Part shown: positions 9,559-18,180 of the stretch, one piece after another
How the letters are laid out: each line of letters opens with the position of its first letter
Numbering within the stretch: the first letter of the stretch is position 1
Source of the DNA: Oligoflexaceae bacterium
Lineage (GTDB): Bacteria > Bdellovibrionota_B > Oligoflexia > Oligoflexales > Oligoflexaceae
Reading direction: 5' to 3'
Assembly (NCBI GenBank): GCA_947474445.1
Contig: CANJJY010000001.1
Span: forward strand, 1 to 35,423
DNA length: 35,423 nucleotides
Notes under the pieces: generated by a model
Told to the model about the DNA's origin: nothing
What the model saw: the letters and a program-made list of their open reading frames with translations, nothing else
Database searches by the model: none
Translations under genes and position numbers: made by a program

Positions 9559-9586
9559 TTGCCGGCAGCCACCACAAAGGTATAAT
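9559..9586 (+). promoter_or_regulatory. Candidate sigma70 promoter of the dnaE operon
   Basis: TTGCCG (9559-9564), 16-nt spacer, perfect TATAAT (9581-9586), about 90 nt upstream of dnaE. Confidence 0.55.
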
Positions 9587-9675
9587 CACCCGTCACGTCT
9601 TCCCAGAAGACCGCTCGAGAAAGACCTTGAAGCTTTAATCGTCTTTCCCTTCTCTTTATCGCGAGGACATGCGCT

Positions 9676-12600
9676 TTGGATTCAGCATCCTCTGCTTCTG
9701 AATACGTTCATCTCCATGTCCACAGCGAATATTCGCTCCTTGATGGAGCTCTTCGTATTGGAGATCTCGTTAAGCGAGCCAAAAAACTTGGACACAGTGC
9801 AATCGCCCTGACCGATCACGGCAACATGTTCGGAGCGATCGAATTCTATGGCAAGTGCAAAGACAACGGCATCAAAGCAATCCTCGGAACCGAGATCTAT
9901 TGGGAAGGCATGCCTTCAGCGAAGGACTTAGCCAAAGCAGGCTTAAACCTTACGCGTAAAGGCAATGCTTTTCATATGATACTGCTGGCCAAATCGCTCA
10001 AAGGCTATCACAGCCTCTGTCGATTGGTGAGTGCGGCTTACCTTGAAGCGCAGCCGGGCGATCTCATTCCTAGGATTTCGCTGAAAGCCCTTCGCACTCA
10101 CACGGAAGATTTATTTGGCCTTTCAAGCTGTCTGCGCGGAGAATTTGGTGCTTACGTAGAACTGCTCGCGCAAAAAAGCGCCCATCCTTTGCAGGAGCTG
10201 GTAGCTCCCAGCGAAGATCTAGCGCCACTCGTCCATGCCCTCAACGAACATGTCATCGCCATGCGCGAAATTTTTGGACCCGAGGGCTATTACGTTGAGC
10301 TCATTGACAACAATATCCCTGCGCAGCGCCGCCTTTTGCCACTCCTCGCGGCGGTTGCGGCCCATTATCAGCTACCTTTGGTAGCGAGTGCGGATAGCCA
10401 TTATCTCGACAGAGATGACGCCGAAGCCCACGCTGTGCTGACTGCGATCAAAAATGATCTAACCATGACCGATCTGCGCGGCCGCATTCAAAACGCTGAA
10501 TTTCATCTCTTTGATAACGAAGAAATGCAGATGCGCTACGGCGCCTGGCCCGAGGCGCTGGCCAATCAAAAGCGTATCGCCGATCTCTGTCAGCTGGAAT
10601 TTAAATTCGGCGAATACTATCTACCCCGTTTCGAGTTGCCGGCAGGGGAGACCGAAGCCGATGGTCTGCGTCGACTCGCCAAAACAGGACTTGAAGATCG
10701 TCTGACTCAGCTGCGTCCTCTTTATGGCAAGAAGTTGACCCCAGAAAAGGAAGAGGCCTATTTCAAACGCCTCGAATACGAAGTCGAAGTCATCGTGTCG
10801 ATGGGGTTCCCCGGCTATTTTTTGATCGTTCAGGACTTCATCAACTGGGCCAAAAAGCAGGATATTCCCGTCGGCCCCGGCCGTGGATCGGGAGCCGGAT
10901 CCTTGGTCGCCTATGCACTGCGGATTACCGACCTTGATCCCATACAATTCAATTTGATCTTTGAACGATTTTTAAATCCAGAACGCGTTTCTATGCCTGA
11001 CTTCGACGTCGACTTTTGTCAGGATCGTCGCGACGAGGTGATTCGCTATGTTTCTGAACACTATGGTGCAGAGAACGTGGCGCAGATTACCACCTTTGGA
11101 AAAATGAAAGCCAAAGCCGCTCTACGAGATGTGGGGCGCGTCCTTCAAATCGGTTACGGGAAAGTTGACCGGATCGCAAAGTTGATTCCAAACGAACTGG
11201 ATATCAAATTACAGGATGCCCTCGATAAAGAGCCGCGCATCCTTGAAGAAGCGCGAAAAGACGAGAACATCAAACGCATGCTTGACCTCGCGCTGAAAAT
11301 CGAAGGTTTGAGCCGGCATACATCGGTCCATGCTGCCGGTGTCGTCATCGCCGATGGAGGCATGCAGAATCTCGTCCCCGTTTATAAGGCTGAAGATGGA
11401 TCGCTGATCACGCAATACGAAATGAAGAATGCGGAAAAGGTTGGATTGGTCAAGTTTGACTTTTTAGGCCTTAAAACCTTGACTGTTATCCACCGCGCCG
11501 TAAAGTTGATTCGTGCCACTAAAGATCCCAAATTCGACATCGACACGATCAACCTCGAACGTAAGGAAGTCTACGACCAGGTTTCTCAAGCTTTTTCAGT
11601 CGGAATTTTTCAGCTTGAAAGTTCCGGCATGCAAGCTCTGCTGAAGAAACTCAAACCAAGCCGTTTTGAAGACATTATCGCCGTCGTCGCCCTCTTTCGT
11701 CCGGGTCCTTTGGGCTCAGGAATGGTCGATGATTTTATCGAACGCAAGCATGGTCGGCAGGAAATCAAATATGAGCATCCTCAGCTAGAAAGCATTCTAG
11801 AAGACACTTACGGCATTATCCTCTACCAGGAGCAAGTTCAGAAAATTGCGGCGAGTCTGGCCAACTATTCTCTCGGAGAAGCCGACCTTTTGCGACGCGC
11901 GATGGGTAAGAAAAAGCCCGAAGAGATGGCCAAGCAGAAGGCCCGTTTCGTTTCGGGCTGCAAAGAAAACAAGGTCAATGCAACTCTCGCCGATGATCTT
12001 TTTGAACTGATGGCTAAGTTTGCAGCTTATGGTTTTAACAAATCCCACTCCGCTGCCTATGGCCTCGTCAGTTATCAAACCGCCTACTTGAAGACCTTCT
12101 ATCCAGAACAGTTCATGGCCGCCATCATGACTTGTGATCTGGACAATGCGGACAAACTGGTCCGTTACATTGAAGAATGTCGGCGTTTGAAATTCACGCT
12201 TCTCGCCCCCGACATCAATCGAAGTCTACTTGAATTTGATGTACCTAAGGCCAAGACTATTGGCTTCGGCCTTGCGGCAATTAAGGGAGTCGGTGGCAGT
12301 TCTCTCGAAGCCATTCTGGAAGAGAGAAAAGCCAATGGGAAATTCAGAACCCTCACCGAACTCGCCAAACGAGTCGACCTCCATCGCGTCGGCAAAAAGA
12401 CGATGGAACTCCTGATTCAAGCAGGAGCTTTCGACAGTTTCGGCAAGAGCCGACCGCACCTGATGCAGCTCATCAATGAAATGGTCAAATTCAGTGAGGC
12501 CCATCATGGCGCCAAGAGCCGTGGTCAGCGTCTGTTGTTTGATGACTTCGAAGCCAGTGATAGCAACCAAGTGGAGATCGCCGATTGGGAGTCTCAGCTT

Positions 12601-13275
12601 GAAATCGAAGGAGCTCCGACATCGCCCATCGAGTATTTACTGAAGGAGCGCAAGATATTAAGCGTCTTTCTCTCCGGTCACCCCGTCGATTGCTATAGTC
12701 TCGATGTTAGACGATTTGGCCAAATCAAAATCCAAGACATACCCAAGCATCTCGGCAAGAAGGGTGTGTTTTGTGTCGCCTTTCTCACGGAGATATCGGA
12801 ACGCCTGACGAAGACGGGCAAACGCATGGCCTACTTCAAGCTCGAAGACGAGACGGGGAGTTGGGAAGCGGTGGCTTTTGAAAGTGAATTGCCGGCTCAA
12901 AGACCCGAGCCGAATTCGATGGTCGTCGTTCAACTAAATATCCAACCGAGTTTTGATAAGACCAGCATAAACGTGCGAATTGAGGGCATTCAAGCTCTGG
13001 AAATAGCTCGAAAAGCCGCCATCAAACGGGTGACTATTCACCTCCAAAGTTCCCTCGACGTCACGCCCGGCAGCCTCGATCGGCAGAAGCGCGTGTTGCA
13101 TCGGATCGATCAGATCTTGAAAGCGCATCCTGGCTCGACGGCCCTCGCCTTAGAGCTGGCTTTCGACAAGGCCCAAGTCAAAATAAAGCCTGGCAAGACG
13201 GGAGTCGACCTTTGCGATCCCTTCTGCCAGAATTTCTTTCATCTGAAGCGTGAGGGCGTGAGTCTCCACTATTGA
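9676..13275 (+). CDS. dnaE: DNA polymerase III alpha subunit
   Basis: PHP HLHVHSEYSLLDG and ALTDHGNMFG, GPGRGSGAGSLVAY, FERFLNPERVSMPDFDVDF, KFDFLGL, YGFNKSHSAAY, clamp-binding-like QRLLF; TTG start 8 nt after GAGGA. Confidence 0.98.
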   Translation: MDSASSASEYVHLHVHSEYSLLDGALRIGDLVKRAKKLGHSAIALTDHGNMFGAIEFYGKCKDNGIKAILGTEIYWEGMPSAKDLAKAGLNLTRKGNAFHMILLAKSLKGYHSLCRLVSAAYLEAQPGDLIPRISLKALRTHTEDLFGLSSCLRGEFGAYVELLAQKSAHPLQELVAPSEDLAPLVHALNEHVIAMREIFGPEGYYVELIDNNIPAQRRLLPLLAAVAAHYQLPLVASADSHYLDRDDAEAHAVLTAIKNDLTMTDLRGRIQNAEFHLFDNEEMQMRYGAWPEALANQKRIADLCQLEFKFGEYYLPRFELPAGETEADGLRRLAKTGLEDRLTQLRPLYGKKLTPEKEEAYFKRLEYEVEVIVSMGFPGYFLIVQDFINWAKKQDIPVGPGRGSGAGSLVAYALRITDLDPIQFNLIFERFLNPERVSMPDFDVDFCQDRRDEVIRYVSEHYGAENVAQITTFGKMKAKAALRDVGRVLQIGYGKVDRIAKLIPNELDIKLQDALDKEPRILEEARKDENIKRMLDLALKIEGLSRHTSVHAAGVVIADGGMQNLVPVYKAEDGSLITQYEMKNAEKVGLVKFDFLGLKTLTVIHRAVKLIRATKDPKFDIDTINLERKEVYDQVSQAFSVGIFQLESSGMQALLKKLKPSRFEDIIAVVALFRPGPLGSGMVDDFIERKHGRQEIKYEHPQLESILEDTYGIILYQEQVQKIAASLANYSLGEADLLRRAMGKKKPEEMAKQKARFVSGCKENKVNATLADDLFELMAKFAAYGFNKSHSAAYGLVSYQTAYLKTFYPEQFMAAIMTCDLDNADKLVRYIEECRRLKFTLLAPDINRSLLEFDVPKAKTIGFGLAAIKGVGGSSLEAILEERKANGKFRTLTELAKRVDLHRVGKKTMELLIQAGAFDSFGKSRPHLMQLINEMVKFSEAHHGAKSRGQRLLFDDFEASDSNQVEIADWESQLEIEGAPTSPIEYLLKERKILSVFLSGHPVDCYSLDVRRFGQIKIQDIPKHLGKKGVFCVAFLTEISERLTKTGKRMAYFKLEDETGSWEAVAFESELPAQRPEPNSMVVVQLNIQPSFDKTSINVRIEGIQALEIARKAAIKRVTIHLQSSLDVTPGSLDRQKRVLHRIDQILKAHPGSTALALELAFDKAQVKIKPGKTGVDLCDPFCQNFFHLKREGVSLHY

Positions 13276-13287
13276 GGAAGTTGGATC

Positions 13288-14196
13288 ATGTTGCGACCTG
13301 ATCTAAAGAAAAGAAGCACTCTGATCTCCATCGTCGGCGGTGTCAGCGGCCTATTTCTCCTCCTCTTTGTTTTGACTCCACCGGTCTGGACTCTTAAGCA
13401 TGGCACCATTTCTTTGGTTCGCTGGCCGAAATCGGGCCAACAGACTTTTGAAGTTGGTCCAGGGCAAGCGAACTGGGTCCCCATCAAGACCGTCTCTCAC
13501 CACGTCATCAATGCCATCGTGGTCGCCGAAGATGCTCGTTTCTACGAACATTTTGGACTCGATCTCCGGGAAATCCGCTCGAGTATTGAATTCAATATGG
13601 AGCAGAAGCGCTACGCACGCGGCGCCTCGACGATCACTCAGCAAGTCGTTAAAATGGCTTTTCTCGGTTCCGATAAAAATCTTCTGCGGAAAACGCGAGA
13701 AGCCCTCGGAGCCCTGCTGCTCGAACAATTGCTAGACAAAGAACAGATCCTCGAGTGGTACATCAATTTGGTCGAATTTGGCGATGGTGTCTTCGGTATC
13801 AAAGCTGCGGCCGTCCATTTTTTTGAAACGACTCCTGAACTCCTCACCATTCAAGACGGAGCCCACTTGGCTCTTGTCCTGCCGAGCCCCAATCGCTGGT
13901 CCAAGGGGTTGAGGCAAAAAGAACTCACGACCTTTGGTCATAAACGCTACAGTCAAATCATTGAAGAAATGTATAAACAGGGTTTCATCACCGAGCCTTT
14001 GCGCAAATCAGCTCTGGCGACCGGCGACTTTGGACGTCCGATCGAAGGATATGAGCCCGAGCAGGAAGCCAACGAAGGGGGAATTTACATTGATCTCCCA
14101 GGCAATGAACCGCCGCCTTTCGGCCATAAGGAACAGAAGCGCAGGCCCAAGGCAGATATCACGCATCCCTTAAAGCGGGCCGCTCCTCGTCCATGA
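13288..14196 (+). CDS. mtgA: Monofunctional peptidoglycan transglycosylase (GT51)
   Basis: N-terminal TM anchor; GT51 motifs EDARFYEHFG, GASTITQQVVK, RKTRE, KEQILEWYINLVEFG, LPSP; no transpeptidase domain. Confidence 0.88.
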   Translation: MLRPDLKKRSTLISIVGGVSGLFLLLFVLTPPVWTLKHGTISLVRWPKSGQQTFEVGPGQANWVPIKTVSHHVINAIVVAEDARFYEHFGLDLREIRSSIEFNMEQKRYARGASTITQQVVKMAFLGSDKNLLRKTREALGALLLEQLLDKEQILEWYINLVEFGDGVFGIKAAAVHFFETTPELLTIQDGAHLALVLPSPNRWSKGLRQKELTTFGHKRYSQIIEEMYKQGFITEPLRKSALATGDFGRPIEGYEPEQEANEGGIYIDLPGNEPPPFGHKEQKRRPKADITHPLKRAAPRP

Positions 14197-14205
14197 AGGA
14201 ATTTC

Positions 14206-15684
14206 ATGTCGCAAGATTCTCCCTCCTACAAGTTACGCGTCCTCAAATCTTGGGTGAGTACTGATCACAGCCTTATTTTCCAGTGCTCGCACCATGGCCC
14301 TTCTACCGGAGAGGATCGACCAAAAAAGGTCCATCTTGTGCTCGATCTGAAACAACAGACCTTTGGCGCCAGAATTCAGCTAGAAAAGCCCAGTGATGCG
14401 ACAGCCAATCACGCTTTCGTACAGATTTTGCGGAAGTATTGTCCTCAATTTACCATCAAAGAGATTCGCCTCGAGCCGATGAGCGAAGACATCTGGATAC
14501 CTCTCTTGGCTGGCTCCGGGGATGAGGGCTGCTGGTATTTGCGCCTGACTCGATCTCGCCCCCCCTTAGCTTCTCTCATCTGTCCCGATGCAACCGTTTG
14601 GGTCAGCTTTGGCCAGCGGGGCACCTTCACCAAAAAACATGCACTTGAAGCGCCCTTCCCGCCTGGTCCTGGAAAATCCTTGCTCAACGAACTTATGCTT
14701 GCTTTCCTCGACCAAACAGCGCAATCCCCCGATTCAAAACGCGATGAGGAAGTCCGGGCTCCTTCAGACGACAGTCCGGCGATGATGTCCGGCGAAGCAG
14801 CAGCAAGAGAGGTATTTCCAAAAGCTCAACGCGAACTGAGGTCGCGCTTAAAGCGGAAGCTAAAAACACTCGTCAAGACGCTGGAAAAGCAACGAGCTGA
14901 TTTGCCAGCCGCTTCGAAAGTAAAAGAGTTAGAGGACCATGCGACGATATTGCAAAGCTATGCCTATTTAATCAAAGACGAGGCCATTGAACTGCGCCTG
15001 GACACAGAGCTGACTGGACTCGACCATCCCCTGACGATTCCACTCGACCCCGAAAAGAGCAAGGGTGCCCAGATCGATGCTGCCTTCCAAGCCTATCATC
15101 GGGCCAAACGCGGTAGGGAAATGGGCCAGAAGCAAGAAGCGATGCTCAGGCAACAGATCCATAGAATCGAAGCAGATATCGCGCATCTGGAGATGACAGC
15201 CAAATCTGATTCAGAGCTTCAACAGATCGTGCGCGACTACCAGCTTCCTCAATTGACGGTCAGTCCATCACGAGGCGAAGCTCCTCGTGCCAAGCCTTTC
15301 AAAACCTACATCGCTAGCACTGGACACAGTATCTTTGTCGGGAAAGCCGCGCTCGACAACGATGAATTGACGAAATCTGCAAGGTCAAACGATTACTGGC
15401 TCCATGCGGTTGGCGTCACAGGCTCTCATGTTGTTATTCCCACCACCGCTGATACACGTCAGAGCCTGCCGCCTCAATTGCTCCGCGACGCAGCGATTCT
15501 AGCGCTTTATTTCTCAAAGTTTAAAGATGACTATGCCGGCGAATGCTATGTCACACGCAAGGCGCACATAAAAAAGCCCAAGGGCATGGCCCCTGGGCTT
15601 TGGCAGATCAACAAATCAGAAACCATCTTTATCCGCTATACGGAAGCGGATATTCAGGCTCTTTTAGCGACGGTTAAGCTTTAA
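14206..15684 (+). CDS. NFACT-family protein (RqcH/Rqc2/FbpA-like) with C-terminal NFACT-R RNA-binding domain and divergent N-terminus
   Basis: NFACT-R: IFVGKAALDNDELT..DYWLHAVGVTGSHVVI..DAAILALYFSK..YVTRKAHIKKPKGMAPG; M-domain-like TIPLDPEKS..AFQAYHRAKR flanked by coiled coils; NFACT-N-like FVQILRKY. Confidence 0.88.
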   Translation: MSQDSPSYKLRVLKSWVSTDHSLIFQCSHHGPSTGEDRPKKVHLVLDLKQQTFGARIQLEKPSDATANHAFVQILRKYCPQFTIKEIRLEPMSEDIWIPLLAGSGDEGCWYLRLTRSRPPLASLICPDATVWVSFGQRGTFTKKHALEAPFPPGPGKSLLNELMLAFLDQTAQSPDSKRDEEVRAPSDDSPAMMSGEAAAREVFPKAQRELRSRLKRKLKTLVKTLEKQRADLPAASKVKELEDHATILQSYAYLIKDEAIELRLDTELTGLDHPLTIPLDPEKSKGAQIDAAFQAYHRAKRGREMGQKQEAMLRQQIHRIEADIAHLEMTAKSDSELQQIVRDYQLPQLTVSPSRGEAPRAKPFKTYIASTGHSIFVGKAALDNDELTKSARSNDYWLHAVGVTGSHVVIPTTADTRQSLPPQLLRDAAILALYFSKFKDDYAGECYVTRKAHIKKPKGMAPGLWQINKSETIFIRYTEADIQALLATVKL

Positions 15685-16655
15685 GGCAGAGGCATCTGCG
15701 TACCCGAAGGTTGACAGACGTAACCCCAAGAATTTTCATTGTTGGCCCACACCAAGACATTACCGTTTTCAAGCGTCAGGAGAGATTCAATAAATCGAGC
15801 CTTTTTCTGTCTCAATTCGCCGACAGCATTGCGAAAATTTACCGTATAAGCTTCTCGTTCATATACCGCTTCTTGCGCAGAAGTGATGAACAGAAAAGGA
15901 TCTGCGCTCTTTAAATACTGTTCACTGACAGAGCCATGCAAGTGATGGTTTGTGCGATACACATGCACCCGCACTTCTTCAGGCTGGTCCTGCATGATCC
16001 GCTCCTGCTGGCGCGCATAGATATCACCGCCGATCCCGTAGCGAAATCCATTGTAGTCGATGATAAGCGATAGAGATCGCTCATTTTCGTCTTCACTGAT
16101 CGGGTAATCATAAGCTGAATTCAAAACAGAAAGCTTGGTGCCGCCCCAGTTTAAAACGTCCCCTGAATGAAACGTTCTGTTATCCCAGAAGTTTTTGACA
16201 GGTATCCGTTTGGCATTATCATCCCAGCGGTAGCCCAAATAGGTCTTTCCGTCTTTTTCGATTTTCCCTGCAATATGATCGCCATGGTAATGGGTCAAGA
16301 TCAAGTAATCGAGAGATTCGATGCCATGCTGGGCAAGGAAGGGCATTAGAAATTCTTTAACAGCAAAGTCTTGACCCGTATCGACCAGCGCGATTTCGCC
16401 AGTAGGCAAGAAGATGAGCGTGGCATCCCCATGGGAAACCCAAAGATTCACGACCTTCAGTCCGAAATCGCGCAAGTTCGGAATGTCTTTTGCGCCGTCC
16501 GCGCAACGTGTGTTCTGTGGGCTTGCTCCTTCGTCGCGAGCGACCATCATATTTTTTGATTTTAAACTTTGCGATGGACTGTAGCTCTGGCCAAAAACAG
16601 TCGTCGCTAGTGCCAGAACTCCTCCGAGTACCGCGACATTCAAAGGCACAAACAT
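15681..16655 (-). CDS. Secreted MBL-fold metallo-hydrolase, ComEC/Rec2 C-terminal-domain-like
   Basis: VSHGDATLI, LVDTG, LDYLILTHYHGDH (HxHxDH), NERSL, GGD, HHLHGS; signal peptide from ATG 16655 (AAGGGGG SD), preferred over TTG 16706. Confidence 0.85.
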   Translation of the reverse strand: MFVPLNVAVLGGVLALATTVFGQSYSPSQSLKSKNMMVARDEGASPQNTRCADGAKDIPNLRDFGLKVVNLWVSHGDATLIFLPTGEIALVDTGQDFAVKEFLMPFLAQHGIESLDYLILTHYHGDHIAGKIEKDGKTYLGYRWDDNAKRIPVKNFWDNRTFHSGDVLNWGGTKLSVLNSAYDYPISEDENERSLSLIIDYNGFRYGIGGDIYARQQERIMQDQPEEVRVHVYRTNHHLHGSVSEQYLKSADPFLFITSAQEAVYEREAYTVNFRNAVGELRQKKARFIESLLTLENGNVLVWANNENSWGYVCQPSGTQMPLP

Positions 16656-17068
16656 TGATTTACCCCCTTTTAATCTGATTCGGCAATAAGCCCGCGCAGA
16701 AAGCAAGCAAGTAGCTTGTGATCAAAGCATGATCATTTCGACTCAGCCCTTGACGAGTTGTAGGAGCTCGTAGGCTCGAAAAAGATAGGTTCTTGATTCG
16801 TACTGCCAATATAATTTTCTCAAACGGCCTTGGCTAGTATTATTCAAGTTTGACGCTTCTGCCGGCTCACACACGTCAGCTCCGGAGCGGGCTCTGACCA
16901 CCTTTAGGAATGAAAATAAATTTTCGCTTTGAAGATGATAAATTTCTGAAAAAAAACCAAAGATGGATGCTGGATTCAAAGCACGGGTTCTGCTATGCCA
17001 GCAACAGAGGACTGTTCGAGAACATGCTCGGAAAAGTCAGATCACGTCATTGCGGACAGGAGCAAGGA

Positions 17069-18142
17069 ATGAGCTTCAAGAAAAGAGTGGCCGTCGTCGG
17101 CGCAACAGGTATTGCAGGTCAGCAATTTCTCGCGGCTTTGCACAAACATCCCTGGTTTGAAGTCGTGCGTTTAGCGGCCTCGCCCCGATCCGCAGGAAAA
17201 ACATACGAAGAAGCTTTGCGTTCACCTAACGGCCAAGTCGCTTGGTGGCAATCTGAGCCGATTCCTCCTGCCTATCGCCACATGCGCCTCGAGTCCGCCC
17301 CCGAACTGGTGCTGTCCGATGTCGATATTGTTTTCACGGCGATCGATACGGACGCTGCGCGCGAACTCGAGCCTCTTTACGCAGCGCAAAAACCGGTCAT
17401 CTCCACGGCCAGTGCTTTTCGCATGGAAGCTGATGTTCCTTTGCTGATACCAGGAGTGAATAGCGACCATAGCGCTGTGATCCGGCTCCAGCAAAAAAAC
17501 AGGGGTTGGAAAGGATTTATTGTCCCCATTCCAAATTGCACGACATACGGTCTGGCCTGCAGCCTGGCCCCGCTACAAAAGCATTTCGGGATCAAGCTCG
17601 TCGTGATGACCTCCATGCAAGCAACTTCGGGAGCTGGCCGCAATGGGGGCGTTCTTGCACTCGATACCATCGACAATCTGATTCCCTATATTCCAAAGGA
17701 AGAGGAGAAGGTCGAGGTTGAAACACAGAAAATCCTTGGGAGTTATCAATCAGGCGCCTTCGTCAACGCAACGCTCGCAGTAACGTCGACTTGTACGCGA
17801 GTTCCTGTCACCGACGGCCATACCGAAGCTGTTTTCGTCGCGACAGAACGTCCGATCACCGTCGAAGCAGCGAAAGCAGCCTTTTCCGAATTTCAGCCTG
17901 ATTTTGGAACCCTGCCTTCAGCACCCACTCAATTTTTCACTTTGCACGATGACCCATTCCATCCCCAGCCTAGAATTGATCGGGATCAGGATCAGGGTAT
18001 GACCACCCATATAGGGCGCATTCGACTGGAAAAAGCTCTCCATGGGATTAAGTATGTTCTGCTATCTCACAACACGAAGGCAGGCGCTGCAAAGGGTGCT
18101 TTGCTTGTAGCGGAAAGTCTCTGTTTGCAGTCATTTATATAA
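17069..18142 (+). CDS. asd: Aspartate-semialdehyde dehydrogenase (archaeal/eukaryotic-type clade)
   Basis: VAVVGATGIAGQ, AASPRSAGKTY, SAFRMEADVPLLIPGVN, catalytic PNCTT, SMQATSGAG, RVPVTDGHTE, HNTKAGAAKG; start at ATG 17069 after AGGAG/AAGGA. Confidence 0.95.
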   Translation: MSFKKRVAVVGATGIAGQQFLAALHKHPWFEVVRLAASPRSAGKTYEEALRSPNGQVAWWQSEPIPPAYRHMRLESAPELVLSDVDIVFTAIDTDAARELEPLYAAQKPVISTASAFRMEADVPLLIPGVNSDHSAVIRLQQKNRGWKGFIVPIPNCTTYGLACSLAPLQKHFGIKLVVMTSMQATSGAGRNGGVLALDTIDNLIPYIPKEEEKVEVETQKILGSYQSGAFVNATLAVTSTCTRVPVTDGHTEAVFVATERPITVEAAKAAFSEFQPDFGTLPSAPTQFFTLHDDPFHPQPRIDRDQDQGMTTHIGRIRLEKALHGIKYVLLSHNTKAGAAKGALLVAESLCLQSFI

Positions 18143-18180
18143 GATTCAGCTGGGACATGAGGAAATGGATCGAGTGAGCC

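Noticed and set aside
9393-9596. 67-aa minus-strand ORF upstream of imelysin
   Set aside because: It runs through the Fur-like box and the dnaE promoter, has no recognisable motif, and is probably a chance ORF.
9676-13275. Intein or split in dnaE
   Set aside because: Length (1199 aa) and motif order are normal; no intein splice-junction or LAGLIDADG motifs seen.
16656-17068. Lysine riboswitch, T-box or leader peptide upstream of asd; also the 53-aa N-terminal extension and the 16743-16979 ORF
   Set aside because: Only short weak hairpins with no recognisable consensus; the extension lacks Asd similarity and a better SD precedes ATG 17069.
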